Notes: generated from the sequence alone by a model not told the origin. A stretch of 40,565 nucleotides of DNA from Chiloscyllium plagiosum (GCF_004010195.1 NC_057750.1:2993167-3033731); one strand, 5' to 3'. Shown: positions 1-11,744, numbered from the stretch's first letter. Program-made: numbers and translations.

Positions 1-614
1 TTTCAAATTCAGTTTTCTGGAATTTACTTGATGTGGAAGATACACCCATATCTTGGAAGAATCCTTTTTAGTTTCAGGAAGCTTGCAGAAGTCTTGGCTG
101 AAGCAGTATGTGTAAAACAGTTGCTCCGGAGAAAGGGAGGCAGTTTTAGGACTGTGAAGTAACCTCTTTTGTCAGTGTAAAGAGTTTAGTTTGAAAGTTC
201 CAGACCAGAGTGTTTGATTAAAGCACTAAAGGGGTTATTTGAAGGTAAGAAAGTATAAGATCAATTCTACGAAGCCTCCAAGAACAGACTATCAAGATTT
301 TTATGATGGGAAAGTGAAACCACAGTTAACTTAAGTCCAATGGATTTAAAGAGAAGGAAATTCTCTCTGGTGTGGGTACTGTTGTTGAGATTAATGGAAT
401 AGTATTTTACCATGTGTTTGTGAATTTTAAAATATATATGTAAATAGTTTATTATGTTGCATCTTCATTCCTTTTGTGTAATAAACCCAAACTACAACAT
501 TGTGTACTTGCATTTCAGTGAAAGATCACCTTGGTAAAACAAAAACATATATCCATTCAGATTTCAATGCAGGTCACATCTTGTCCAGTAGTAACATCAG
601 GTGGAATCATAACA
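1..614 (+). mobile_element. Possible 3' part of a solo LTR (Gypsy-like), truncated by the window edge
   Basis: AATAAA at 480-485; ends ...GGAATCATAACA (CA-3' terminus typical of LTRs). Left end and TSD not visible. Confidence 0.3.
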
Positions 615-1859
615 GAATGATTCCAAGAATGAATGATAAGGTATCAGAACACGTACGATAATCATTGGTAGGGATGATATTAACACTAAGGTCACTATTA
701 TCAGACTAATTAGTATTATGATTCCAATTTAATCATCCAAGAAAATACTTAATAGGATTTAGCCTCCATTATTTCAAATTGCTACTCTATTTACTGTCCT
801 GCATCAGCTCATATTCCCATCATTCCAACCCATGGTCTTCTCTCTGAAATGTGAGCATTGTTTTTCTCTTTAGCGGCTGCACAGCCTGTGGATTATACCC
901 AGGGTTTTCTGCCTTTCCTTCCAACCATGTTACACAACTCAAAATGTCCTTTCCAAACACAATGCAATTTTGGACAGACAAAATCTATCCAAGTGCTGAG
1001 TGTTTTGAACTATTTAAATACACAAGATCTTTCAGTTTAGCTGTAGCCCTAATGACAACAATACGACTTCTCAATGTTGAAACATGAAAAATGCTAAAAA
1101 TTCAGTCATTGCTAAGACAAATAGCAGGTTAACACATTTGGGATGAATTCTATTAATGCACATACATGTCAGTTTTCTGTCTAGAAATCCCCATGCTGAG
1201 GACCATAATAAATCAGTGCAACAGATAAGCTTAAATGTTTGCAGCCATCTAAGGATCCTAACATTACAGATGCCACTCTTTTGCCAACTTTTTTCAGTCC
1301 ACAGAGGAGAATTCACTGGCTATAGCAAGGGCTATGGGCTATGTCAACATCCCAGCTGTAGCTCCAAAGAATTGAGCTCCAAAACCAGCCTCACTCTTAG
1401 CCAAGTTCTTTCAGTGCAGTTACCTGCAGTGCAAGAAAGCTGCTTAGCACTTTTTCAAAGAGCAATTATAGTTGGTCAACTTTTGGCCTTACCAACTTCC
1501 AAGTGCCAAGTCAAATATTGAAGGATGCACTCTGCATTTCTAATATTTTCTCTCCCTCGAGTTTTGGATATCCAGTGAAAAAGACTTTTTTAAATCAGTT
1601 ACAAAATTAACAAAATAAGTTTAAATGCTCAATGCATAATTTTACTTCAAGGCTGCTGAAATTACCCAGGTTTAAGATGTCTTCTAACAGTACGTTGCAT
1701 CTGATATTATTGCTTGTGTTTCTGGACAAAGAAAGGATAATTGCAACAGTTCAAATCTCAAATTACGAATATAGTTGGCAAAGTTTGAGAAGTATGATGT
1801 TATGAGCTCTCTCAACTTTTGTATACTTTTTAAATAAACAAGCAAATACACCAAATATA

Positions 1860-1957
1860 ATGTTAAAAATCACATAACACCAGATTATAGTCCAACAGGT
1901 TTATTTGAAAGTACAAGCTTGTCCACCCCAGTCCAACACTGGCACCTCCATATCATG
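1860..1957. mobile_element. Short PLE family B remnant (two inverted pieces of pLTR, HHR core deleted)
   Basis: Matches both ends of the 26292-27581 Penelope; flanked by perfect 10-bp direct repeat ACCAAATATA (1850-1859, 1958-1967). Confidence 0.75.
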
Positions 1958-2119
1958 ACCAAATATATTTAACAGCATTCTTTTCTGTTTTTGAGATATG
2001 GGTGGCTCTGACGAAGCCTACATTACTGCCCATCCAGAGGTGCCTTGAGAAAGGCTGGCCTCCCTTTGGAACTTGCTTGTCCTATGAAGGAAGTGTCCAA
2101 AGAATTACAGGACATAGAT

Positions 2120-2620
2120 TCAGCGTGCAAAGTAAGTCTCACTACATGGTTTCTGCACAAAGATCAAGGTTGGCTGTACTGAGGCAACACTGCACTGTTG
2201 GATGTGCCATCTTTCTGATGATACATTTAGTAGAGCCCAGTCTACCTGCTGGGATGGATGTAAAAGATCTTGTGGAACTATTTTGAAGAGCAGGACAGTT
2301 AACCTCAGCATCCTGGCCAATAGTTCTCCCAAAAATAATTCTCTAATCGTTACTACATTGACATTTGTGAGTGTTTGTGGGAGAAAGCAGGAACAGGGTA
2401 CTGAGTTGGATGATCAGCCAAGATGTTTGAATGACAGAGTGGGCTCAAAGGGCTGAATGACCTGTTCATGCTCCATTTCCTATGTTTCTATGTACACATT
2501 TTGGAGGTCAGGTTTTCTAGACTGCAACAGTGGCTATACTTCCAAAAATACCACATTGGCTGTAAAGTACTTTGAAATAACTGGTACTTGGAAGAAGAGC
2601 TATATAAATTCAAACCTTTT
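2120..2620 (+). mobile_element. Old SacSINE1-like Deu-domain SINE, interrupted by a CR1 tail
   Basis: GGATGTAAAAGATCTTGTGGAACTATTTTGAAGAGCAGG...TCCTGGCCAATA (Deu-domain-like) and tail TGTAAAGTACTTTG...GCTATATAAAT; similar to copies at 4105, 31105 and 39025. Confidence 0.55.
2375..2493 (+). mobile_element. CR1 LINE 3' tail fragment
   Basis: AAGGGCTGAATGACCTG... hairpin region followed by TTCCTATGT TTCTATGT octamer-like terminal repeat. Confidence 0.55.
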
Positions 2621-3101
2621 ACTACAATCAGATAAATGGCAATCAGACAAGTCAAATAGCATTTTGCAAGATCTGGAATTCCCTTTGTATGTAATAGCAA
2701 AATGTTCACAATGTCAAATTTTGACTGAAGAGAAAATATCCCTGAGCAGAAGGCTAAACGGTTATCACCAACTGAGATGCAAAGAGAAAGATAAAGTTTG
2801 AGATTCCTTATGATGTATTGATTTGAATAAATTGGAAAACAAGGAGTAGCAGGAAATTCAAACCTTTTACTACAATCAGATAAATGGCAATCAGACAAGT
2901 CAAATAGCATTTTGCAAGACCTGGAATTCCCTTTGTATGTAATACAAAATGTTCACAATGTCAAATTTTGACTGAAGAGAAAATATCCCTGAGCAGAAGG
3001 CTAAACAGTTATCACCAATTGAGATGCAAAGAGAAAGATAAAGTTTGAGATTCCTTATGATGTATTGATTTGAATAAATTGGAAAACAAGGAGTAGCAGG
3101 A
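2606..3101. repeat. Head-to-tail tandem duplication, 248-bp unit x2
   Basis: 2606-2853 versus 2854-3101; 3 substitutions and a 1-nt indel by direct comparison. Confidence 0.97.
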
Positions 3102-4104
3102 GTGAATGGTATGGATATATTTAAATGGAAGCTAGATAAACACGAGTGCTACGGTGAGGGAAAAAAAAGAGCTCAAATTGCACTCCACAAAATAATGCTT
3201 AGCCTGTGTATATTTCTGGATCACTAATTTTTTAGATTGGTAATACACAATAATTTTGACCTTGAAAAGGCTGCAAATACTGTTAGAATGCCATTTGCAT
3301 TCCCAAAGCCTCACATTTTACAAATAATCTTTTTACAGCAGCTCCAAAGGGGGTCACAAAGTTTACCCAGTGAGTAACTGAGCTACATAATCCAAGGGGG
3401 TCCCAGGTTAGAGACCTTGCCAGTGTTGGAGCTGTTGGTTTTCTGCCATCTGTCTTCAGTGGCACTCACTTAGGGAAGGTCAAAAAGTCAGCTATTAACC
3501 AATGATTATCACTGTGTGTGGCTCTCAGGCCTGGATTAGTCTTTCCAGGATAGTACACTTGTCTTGAAGTCAAACTGAGAATGTGTGTAGGGTTAAATTC
3601 TGTGTTTTGTGAAACAAGAGGTTCAGCTGAGCATGACTCAGAACAGATAAGAACTTGCAGTTAACGATGGGGTGTTGGAGTCGAGGGTAATGGGTTAACA
3701 AGGTGGAAAAACATTCATTATGTAGAGCCATTTAACAATATTGGCAGCATTTAGTAAATAAGGTCAGTTTAAAAAGGTGAAAAGTATTCATTACAAGAAG
3801 CCAGTTAAGGTTAAGAACATTCATTGTGTAACAGCAGATGGCTTAATCTTTACTATTGACACTCACTGATTGTAATGGTCACCCAATTAATATGTATGTT
3901 ACCTTTTTTGGATGCTCCTCCCTGTAAAATGACTATATAATTCATTAAGAAACTACTGTTCAAGAGAGAAGACTGAGAACTCACGTTCCTGGGTACATGG
4001 GCAATTGTTCTCTCTCCCTCCAGGGCCCAGAATAAAGATGAAGGAGGTAAAACTATACTACGTCTCTGAGCATTTTGCTTTGACTGAGGGGGAAAACGGG
4101 ACGA

Positions 4105-4456
4105 TAAAATGGTTGTGCTTTTGAATCTCATACTTGAAGCACAAAGTCAGGGTTCATACTTCCAGTGAAGTGGACTGCACCACTGTGGGGGAGTCATTTT
4201 ATAGATGATAAAAACCAAGACTGCATCAGCCATCTCTAGTGGATGTAAATTAAACCGTGGCACTACTTTGATACAGCAGAGTGTACGGGCTGAAATTTAT
4301 CCTGGTATCAAAACACAAAGAAATCGTTTCATTGCTGTTCGTTGGGGCTTACTCTAAATGCAAAAACAACTACATTTCAACGTTCTTCCTTGATAAAGCA
4401 CTTTGGGATATTCTGAGATTGCCAAAGATGCAACATAAATGCAAGTTCACTCTTTC
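4105..4456 (+). mobile_element. Degenerate SacSINE1-like SINE
   Basis: GTGGATGTAAATTAAACCGTGGCACTACTTTG, ATTGCTGTTCGTTGGGGCTT and tail AAAGCACTTTGGGATATTCTGAG...ATAAATGCAAGT. Confidence 0.5.
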
Positions 4457-4881
4457 CTTGGTCTGTGATGCTGTGCTGTCCTCTCTCTGCCACCAATGAG
4501 TTAAAATGGCCTCCAGTGACTGGTAATCTAGCGACAGTAGCCACTTGGAGGAGGTACTAAAGGGTAAGTCAGTGGACCTCAACAAAAGCCTGTACTTTCA
4601 GACAGACGAAAATAGGAGAAAAAGGCAAAATGGATAAAAAGAAAACTTTAAAGTATCCTGAATCCAGATTTTGGACCTTGGGTCTAGAAAGCAACAGCCA
4701 TATCCTGTGAATGAATAAAAATCGATTGTATTAATTTACTTTTGCAAGGGTGGACAGCACACCAGCCTGTGGCAATGATGCTGGTTCAGACCATATGCTG
4801 TGCAGCCGTGCTCACTACCTTATGGAATTGGCCCCGTGCACCAGAGACCAAACATTACTCTTGAATGTCACTACAGCAGAC

Positions 4882-5816
4882 TTCATTGTTATTAAAATGT
4901 CCTTTTGGTGATCGTTTAGAAGCTTCCTTGAATGAGCTCGTCACACGTAACCCAAAAGGAAATACAGGGGAGCACAGGATGCATAATGCACATGGCCCTT
5001 ACACTGCCACCCTCCAAGAAAAGGTAAAGGTAAAGATGATGACAGTATCAAGAGAGAGATGTTCAAGGATAGGTGGAGGTGGTGCAATTAGGATGGCAGC
5101 TTGAGAGCAAATGACTTAAGGATCAGCTATCTAAGAGGTTGGAATTAGAGTAACAAGAAACCAAGAGGCAAGTAAGGCTGGAAAAGGTGCAGAGGAAAAA
5201 ATGGAAGAACTTAAATTTGGGAAAGTTTAAAATTCAATACATCATTGGGTTAGGTGAGCAACGTAGGTTGGCAAAATACACACTCCTTTTTCCCAAACTT
5301 TCTTGTGCTCAAATGACTGGATGAACTTTGGACTGGCAAATTCATTGTTATTAAAATGTCCTTTTGGTGATCGTTTAGAAGCTTTCTTGAATGAGCTCGT
5401 CACACGTAACCCAAAAGGAAATACAGGGGAGCACTAAATGACAAAATGCACAGGATGCATAATGCACATGGCCCTTCCACTGCCACCCTCCAAGAAAAGG
5501 TAAAGGTAAAGATGATGACAGCATCAAGAGAGAGATGTTCAAGGATAGGTGGAGGTGGTGCAATTAGGATGGCAGCTTGAGAGCAAATGACTTAAGGATC
5601 AGCTATCTAAGAGGTTGGAATTAGAGTAACAAGAAACCAAGAGGCAAGTAAGGCTGGAAAAGGTGCAGAGGAAAAAATGGAAGAACTTAAATTTGGGAAA
5701 GTTTAAAATTCAATACATCATTGGGTTAGGTGAGCAACGTAGGTTGGCAAAATACACACTCCTTTTTCTCAAACTTTCTTGTGCTCAAATGACTGGATGA
5801 ACTTTGGACTGGCAAA
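4882..5816. repeat. Head-to-tail tandem duplication, 459/476-bp units
   Basis: 4882-5340 versus 5341-5816; 4 substitutions and one 17-nt indel bounded by GCAC microhomology. Confidence 0.97.
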
Positions 5817-6368
5817 ATGTCAGTGCTGACATCAGATATCCCGAGAGAATGACATCACCCAGAAGCATGCTGCAAGGGGGAATGGAAAGCTGCCGAACTC
5901 ACATGTCACAAGTCTACACTCGGCTCTGGTCGTGCCCTAATGTACAGAATTTTCTCAAAAAACACCAAAGTCCATTCCCTTCAGAGTTTGCAGCTGAAAA
6001 CAAATTAGCCTCTTCGGTGATCTCAGCCATGAACTCTGAAATATAGCCCACACGTACAACTGAAAATAATCCATCATGCTGCCAAATGCCAAGCCAGCAA
6101 AGACATCAAAGAGCTTGGGACCGTCTCCTCCACTTAAGAACAGGCACATAAAATACTTCAAATTCCAAATAGGCGATTTTGGAACCTGGAGAACTTCCAG
6201 TCCAGGAAAAATACTTAAATTCTGCTTTTATTTTAAAGAACAAGTAAACAGCAAATTTTCTAAACTCATCCGCATGTCAGAGAATGCCCCTTGCTGAGTT
6301 TTACATGCTTGTCAACTGTTAATGGTGTATGGGTCTGCAAAGCAGATCACCTTCAAGAGCTCCAAATA

Positions 6369-6587
6369 CAGGTGTCCCCACGTAACTGCGGGTGATACGT
6401 TCCAAAACCTATCACGGATGTCTGAAATTACAGATAGTAGTGAACTCTATCATATAAATGAGAAACTCACTCCCCGGAAACCCCCGGAATTAATTCTGGA
6501 ATGTTCCGCGTAATGTTTTCGAGCCGCAGTAAACAGCGGTTAACTGCAACCAGTGAAACCAAATCCGTGGATTCGGGGGTTCTACTG
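6369..6587. mobile_element. pogo/Tigger-type (Tc1/mariner superfamily) non-autonomous DNA transposon (MITE)
   Basis: TA|CAGGTGTCCCC...GGGGGTTCTACTG|TA: TA TSD, imperfect TIRs starting CAG, CpG-rich. Subterminal sequence resembles recalled MER44/Tigger7 ends. Confidence 0.8.
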
Positions 6588-6874
6588 TAAGCATTCTCCA
6601 CATGTGAGACTCAATTGCAGTCAAGAAGACTATGCGTTTTGAAAAACTTCTTTGGCAATCCGGACATGTGATATTCGTTGGATTTATGATTAGTGACTAA
6701 AGTGGTCTCAGTCATTCCTACACATAATTCTTGTAAGGATTTAAATAAGCAGGTGGCTGTGCACCTGTCATTACAAAGACACAAGCTAACTGCGCAGCAT
6801 GTCACAGCAGCCAGGTGAAAGGATTAATAGCTAACCTTAAACTAGACAATGGAACAAACACATTGGCATTAATG

Positions 6875-7227
6875 CAATGCCTTTCAGGTCCTCAGGACTG
6901 TCAAAAGATTCTTTTCAAAACATAGTCAATGAAGAAAAACACGTTCTTCAATTTATACACGGCATGGCATCACCAACGGCAATATGGAAAATTATAGGTA
7001 ATATACATTCATTGGCCTTTTTTTCTGAAAAAGGACAAATGTTGAGCCAAGTAACTGGAAGAACGCCTCTTCCCGGAAGTATCACATTACATGTTATATC
7101 TACTCAAGTCAACAGACTGGGATCTCAGTTTAACAGACGAAAACAGCGTCTTTGACAGTGTAGGATTGCCTGATGATAAACTGAAGCCTAGATTATGAGC
7201 TCAACTCACCGAACAGGGTTCAAACCT
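6875..7227 (-). mobile_element. Degenerate SacSINE1-like SINE
   Basis: Reverse-complement similarity to other copies (GCCTTTCAGGTCCTCAGGAC tail; CTCAGTTTAAC; CCTAGATTATGAGCTCAA; GGGTTCAAACC B-box). Confidence 0.45.
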
Positions 7228-7238
7228 AAAATTTATAC

Positions 7239-7531
7239 AATCCCTACAGTGTGGAAGTAGGCCATTCGGCCTATCAAGTCCACACTTCCAAAGAGCATCC
7301 CACCCCATGTAGTCTTGCATATCCCATAGCTAATCCACCCATACATCCCTGGAAACTCTGCAATTTAGCATGTCCCATCCACATAATCTGCACATCTTTG
7401 GACTGAGAGAGGAAACCCACGCAAACACAGGGAGAATGTGCAAACTCAAAACAGACAGTTGTCAGAGGGTGGATTTAACATGGGTCCCTGATACTGAGAG
7501 GCAGCAGTGCTAACCACTGAGTAACCATGCC
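7239..7531 (-). mobile_element. HE1-type V-SINE
   Basis: tRNA-like head (rc of GAGAGGCAGCAGTGCTAACCACTGAG), V-domain GGAAACCCACGCAAACACAGGGAGAATGTGCAAACTC, tail TCCCTACAGTGTGGAA. Confidence 0.85.
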
Positions 7532-7889
7532 AACTTGAAGAGAAAACTATTCACTGAATTAACACAAGTAGATTTGTTATTTCTTTTTAAAAGGTTCATG
7601 ACATGGACCACTATGACTGAATTTAGTGCCCTACTCCAGTTATTTCAATAAGAATTAAGATAAATATACCATTCGATCCCTCAAACCCTATTGACCATTC
7701 ATAGCTAATCTATGCCCTCAATTCCACTTTAACGATGGAGCTCACTAAAATGGTGAACAAATAGAAAACATTGATAAAGACAATTTTCTAAAATGGGTTA
7801 ACACTATCCATTTGATCTGGAGGGTTTTAAAGATTATATTGAAAGGATGAAACATTCAATTGTGCAACGTGAGGAAAGCAACAAAGCAA

Positions 7890-8053
7890 TACAATTACAT
7901 TTAAAAGGCATCTGGATGAATATTTGAATAGGAAGGGTTTTCAGGGATAAGGGCCAAGTGCTGGCAAGTGGGACCAGGTTAGTTTAGGATATCTGGTTGG
8001 GATGAATGAGTTGGACCAAAGGGTCCGTTTCTATGCTGTACATCTCTAACTCT
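7890..8053 (+). mobile_element. CR1 LINE 3' end
   Basis: CATTTAAAAGGCATCTGGATG...GAGTTGGACCAAAGGGTCCGTTTCTATGCTGTACATCTCT is the reverse complement of the 24416 and 16886 CR1 tails. Confidence 0.8.
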
Positions 8054-8091
8054 GACTCGAAATAATATTGTTTTTCAGAACTGGTTCAGCA

Positions 8092-8180
8092 ACTCTGAAG
8101 AACAGTCATAGTGGATTTGAAACTTTAACTGTTTCTCTCTCCACAGATGCTGTCAGACCTGCTGACTTTCTCCAGCATCT
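8092..8180 (+). mobile_element. PLE family D remnant with decayed HHR
   Basis: CTGAAGA-ACAGTCATAGTGGATTT-GAAACTTTAAC followed by the family tail TTTCTCTCTCCACAGATGCTGTCAGACCTGCTGA. Confidence 0.65.
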
Positions 8181-8640
8181 GCTGGGTCAGATTCCAATAT
8201 TTCGCTTTTACTTAATCAATAAATATTTCAGTGGTTGGAAAATTTTTCAAAAGAAGTGAATCCATAAGCTTCCCAAACTATTTTTGTCTCTCTCCTGAAA
8301 ATAATTCACTTTGTTCTTCCAATTTTTTCACCTACACCCTACGATGTAAATTTATTTGTACATTATATGAGTTAGTTAGTACATCATTTTAAAAACATGA
8401 GTTCCTTTCTCAAGATTTTTACCCCACCCTCTCTTCCTCCTCTTTGTTCTTATTCCACCCTAGGCTACAGCCAAGAAGTTCCCAAGTTTCTGGTAATATT
8501 TTTATTTGACAGGTGTGTACAACAAGAGCAAAAACAGGTTGGAGTGCTCTCTTTCTCCTTTTTCCCCTCCAGCAGTAGTGTACTTGTCCTGGCAGGAACA
8601 ATTCAACATTTTCTCGTGGTCTCATTCGACAATAACTTAC

Positions 8641-8643
8641 AAT
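8641..8643 (-). other. Candidate 3-nt microexon (ATT) of an unidentified minus-strand gene
   Basis: Minus strand reads TCCCTTTTCAG|ATT|GTAAGT; branch-point-like TTCTAAC about 75 nt upstream; lies in non-repeat sequence with several retained CpGs. Confidence 0.3.
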
Positions 8644-8896
8644 CTGAAAAGGGACATCGACAATGCGAAAGCCAACAGAACATGCTTGCGCCCAGGCATG
8701 TGTTTTAGCAACTCAATGTTAGAAAGTGAAACTTCAGCCATGGGCCTGGTACAAATCCACATGTAAAAAATAGGTACAATGAGCACGTCCAAACCTCAGT
8801 GACATCAGTGGTGCTTTTGGTAGAGTCAGAAAAGTTGGAGAACCAAGTCCCAATTCAGAGACATTAGCACAAAAGCTGAGCTGATGTTCTGAAGTT

Positions 8897-9229
8897 TAGA
8901 ATTAGAGTCCCTACAGTGTGGAAACAGGTTCTTCGGCTCAACAAGTCCACACCAATCCTCTGAAGAGTAACCCACCCAGACCCATTCCCCAACCTGTTTT
9001 TACCCCTGACTAATGAACCTAACCTGCACATCCCTGAACACTATGGGGTAATTTCCCATGGTCTAACCTGCACATCTTTGGATTGTGGGAGGAAACCGGA
9101 GCAACCAGAGGAAACCTACACAGCCACAGGGAGAATTTGCGAACTCCACACAGACAGTTGCCCAAGACTTGAATCGAACCCAGGTCCCTGGCGCTTTGAG
9201 GCAGCAGTGCTAACCACAGAGCCACCGTG
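8897..9229 (-). mobile_element. HE1-type V-SINE, full length
   Basis: A-box (rc TAACCACAGAGCCA), B-box (rc GAATCGAACC), V-domain and TCCCTACAGTGTGGAAACAGG tail. Confidence 0.9.
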
Positions 9230-9356
9230 TTGCGCAAAGTATTGAGAGAATGATGCATCAGAAAGACAACATTAAATCAAAGATCCGTTTATCCTTTCCG
9301 GTTGACAAAGACCCAGTGTGAAGAGTAGGGCATTTCTTCTGGGTGACCATACCAGT

Positions 9357-10254
9357 TTGCGATTTTTGAGAAGATTTGTAGCTTAGGTTGAGGCCCAGGT
9401 TGAGTTTGCTCGCTGAGCTGGTAGGTTTGTCCTCAGACGTTTCAACACTAACATCATCAGTGAGCCTCCGATGAAGTGCTGGTGTTCTGTCCCACTTTGT
9501 ATGTGTGTGTCTTGGTCTGTTATGGTGGATGATATCAATTCTGGTTCTTTTTCTTCGAGGTTGGTAAATGGGGTCTAAATTAGCCTATTCAAGAACAATG
9601 GTACCTGATAAATAGTCTGCAGATTCTTAAACAACAAACTCAAACAACAAGACATAACACACCCAGAGAGAGACTCTAGCCACACTACCATACATCAAAG
9701 ACATCTCAGAGATGACTACCAGATGACTCTGACCCCTTCGCATCATGATAGCCCACAAACCTACCAACACACTGAAACAGTTACTGATCAACCTAAAGGA
9801 TCCTGTACCAGCTACCAGCAAGACGAACATCATTTACAAAATACCCTGCAAGGACTGTAACAAACACTACATCGGACAGACAAGCAGGAAACTAGCCACC
9901 AAAAGACATGACCAGCTATCACTGGTATCCTTACACACAGACGAAGGACACCACTTCGACTGGGACAACACATCCATCCTAGCACAGGTTAAACAAAGAC
10001 ACACACGGGAATTCCTAGAGGCCTGGCATTCAAATCGGAACTCCATCAATAAACACATCGAAATGGACCTCATTTACCAACCTCTGAGAAAAAGAACCAG
10101 AAATAATATCTTCAACCTTAACAGACCAATACACACAGATAGAAAGCGGGACAGAACATCAGCACTTCACCAGAGACTCAGTGATTATGTTATCTAGCAC
10201 AGTGATGAAACATTTTAGAACAGACCTACCAGCTCAGCGAGCAAACTTACAACC
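9357..10254 (+). mobile_element. 5'-truncated Penelope-like retroelement (family C-related) with inverted pLTR at its 5' end
   Basis: About 9385-9581 is the reverse complement of about 10065-10255; TSD TGACCATACCAGT / TGATCATACCAGT (9344-9356, 10255-10267); GIY-YIG coding remnant in between. Confidence 0.92.
9745..10197 (+). pseudogene. Penelope GIY-YIG (Uri) endonuclease remnant
   Basis: HKPTNTLKQLL..KD, NIIYKIPCKDCNKHYIGQTSRKL, GHHFDWDNTSIL, REFLEAWH, SINKH; upstream LPYIKDISE with in-frame stops. Confidence 0.92.
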
Positions 10255-10532
10255 TGATCATACCAGTATTTATCCCTCAATCAGCATCACTCAAACAAAA
10301 TTATCTGGTCATTATCATGTTTCTGTTTGTGGGAGCTTGCTATGCACAAATTTTATGGCACTTTATAACAATGGCATGCTTCAAAATTAATTCATTAGAT
10401 ACAGAGTACGGTGGGATGTTATCAAAGTTACTACTGACACTTTCTTGCCAGCTACCTATCAAGTTTTGAAGAAATTCATTTGAATAAATTCTGTTTATGT
10501 GGTCTTTCAATTTGGGACCAATTCTCAATAGT

Positions 10533-10676
10533 AGAAAGTGAGGACTGTAGATGCTGGAGATCAGAGTTGTAAGTGTGGTGCTGGAAAAGGTCAGGCAGCA
10601 CCCGAGGAGCAGGAGAATCGATGTTTCAGGCACAAGCCCTTCATCAGGAATCCCTTTCCAGCACCACACTCTCAAC
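10533..10676 (-). mobile_element. PLE family A non-autonomous copy with HHR (10617-10650, minus) and short inverted arm
   Basis: rc reads TTC-CTGATGA-A-GGGCTTGTGCCT-GAAACATC-GAT; TTTCCAGCACCACACT inverts the left arm. Confidence 0.85.
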
Positions 10677-11022
10677 ACTAATATTCAATAAGAGTGTGTG
10701 AATAAAACAATGGGAAGATGGTTAAATGCACAGGTAAGTCTAAAGAAGGTTCTGAAGAGGGTTCTGAAGAGACTGTGGGGGAAACAGATAATAACATAAT
10801 AAAGGAATTTTCAAGAAATTTGTAGAACATAAAAACAAGACAGCTTCAAAAAAAGGGGTAAGGGAAAGATGCAAGTAAATTCATTTCAGAACAGCATAGG
10901 GTACAAGTTAGGGTGCAGGGCAGGAGGTGGCAAAGTAGAGAGGCTGTAAATAAATTGAAGAATACACCCTTCTTCTGAACATCCTGCCACAGGAAAATCT
11001 AATGTATGTTATTCATTCCTGG

Positions 11023-11337
11023 GGGAGATGGTGGCCTGGTATTATCACTGGACTGCTAATCTGGAGACTCACTTTATGTTCTGGGGAACCCAGTTTGATC
11101 CCACCATGGCAGATGGTGGCATTTGAATTCAAGAAAAAGAATCTGGAACTGGGGGACTAAATGATGTCAAAAAAACCCAACTGATTCACTCATGTCCTTT
11201 AGGGAAGGAAACTACCATCCTAAACTGATCTGGCCTACATGTGACTCCAGACCCACAGCATTGACCCACAGACTCTTAACTACCCTCTGGGTATTTTGAG
11301 ATGGGCAATAAATTCTGGCACGTCAATGAATAAAAAA
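11023..11337 (+). mobile_element. tRNA-derived SINE (third family)
   Basis: tRNA-like head, core TCACTCATGTCCTTTAGGGAAGGAAAC...TGGCCTACATGTGACTCCAGACCCACAGCA, A-rich end; homologous pieces at 12743, 36842 and 40246. Confidence 0.7.
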
Positions 11338-11744
11338 TTTGTTAAGATCAGTCCTAAACAAGGTAGAGTTTTAATTCTAAAGCCACTCATGACATCATTC
11401 ATATTAATCTTTAGCTACTGACTGAAGGCCTCCACCATCTACAGCAATCTGCTAACCTCAGTCATGTATTAAATTTGGGAGGCACAAAATATTTCATCCC
11501 CCACCTGGGAGAGAAAAAAAATCACCAGCAACAGGAGTTTCCATTTATTGTGTACAGCATCTTTAACACAGAAAGGCTGTTATGGGCTGAACATAGGTAT
11601 GAACAAGAGTGATGCTGAGTCAGAGGAACAGACAGGTGTGAGCCAGGATGTTTTTAATGAAGGTCTTAAAGAAGAAAAGAGAGGAAAGTTGACAGCTTGT
11701 ACATAAACTTCTAGAGAAAAGAAACCTGGCAGCTAATAGCATAG

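Larger units (their letters stand above)
8805..10396 (+). mobile_element. SacSINE1-like SINE split in three by an HE1 SINE and a Penelope insertion
   Basis: Head about 8805-8890, middle 9232-9356 (GAAGAGTAGGG...), remainder 10268-10396 (ATTTATCCCTCAATCAGCATCAC...TATCTGGTCATTATC...CTGTTTGTGGGAGCTTGC). Confidence 0.6.

Noticed and set aside
3350..3500. Possible very old SINE-like element (also about 23200-23275 on minus)
   Set aside because: Similarity too weak to delimit or name by eye.
2606..5816. Direct repeats as CRISPR array or LTR pair
   Set aside because: Units are adjacent, hundreds of bp long, have no spacers, TG..CA ends or TSDs, and the DNA is eukaryotic.
8397..8766. Plus-strand acceptor TTTATTTGACAG|G at about 8512 with two open frames
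   Set aside because: Peptides are unrecognisable and there is no strong donor; the minus-strand microexon signal is stronger.
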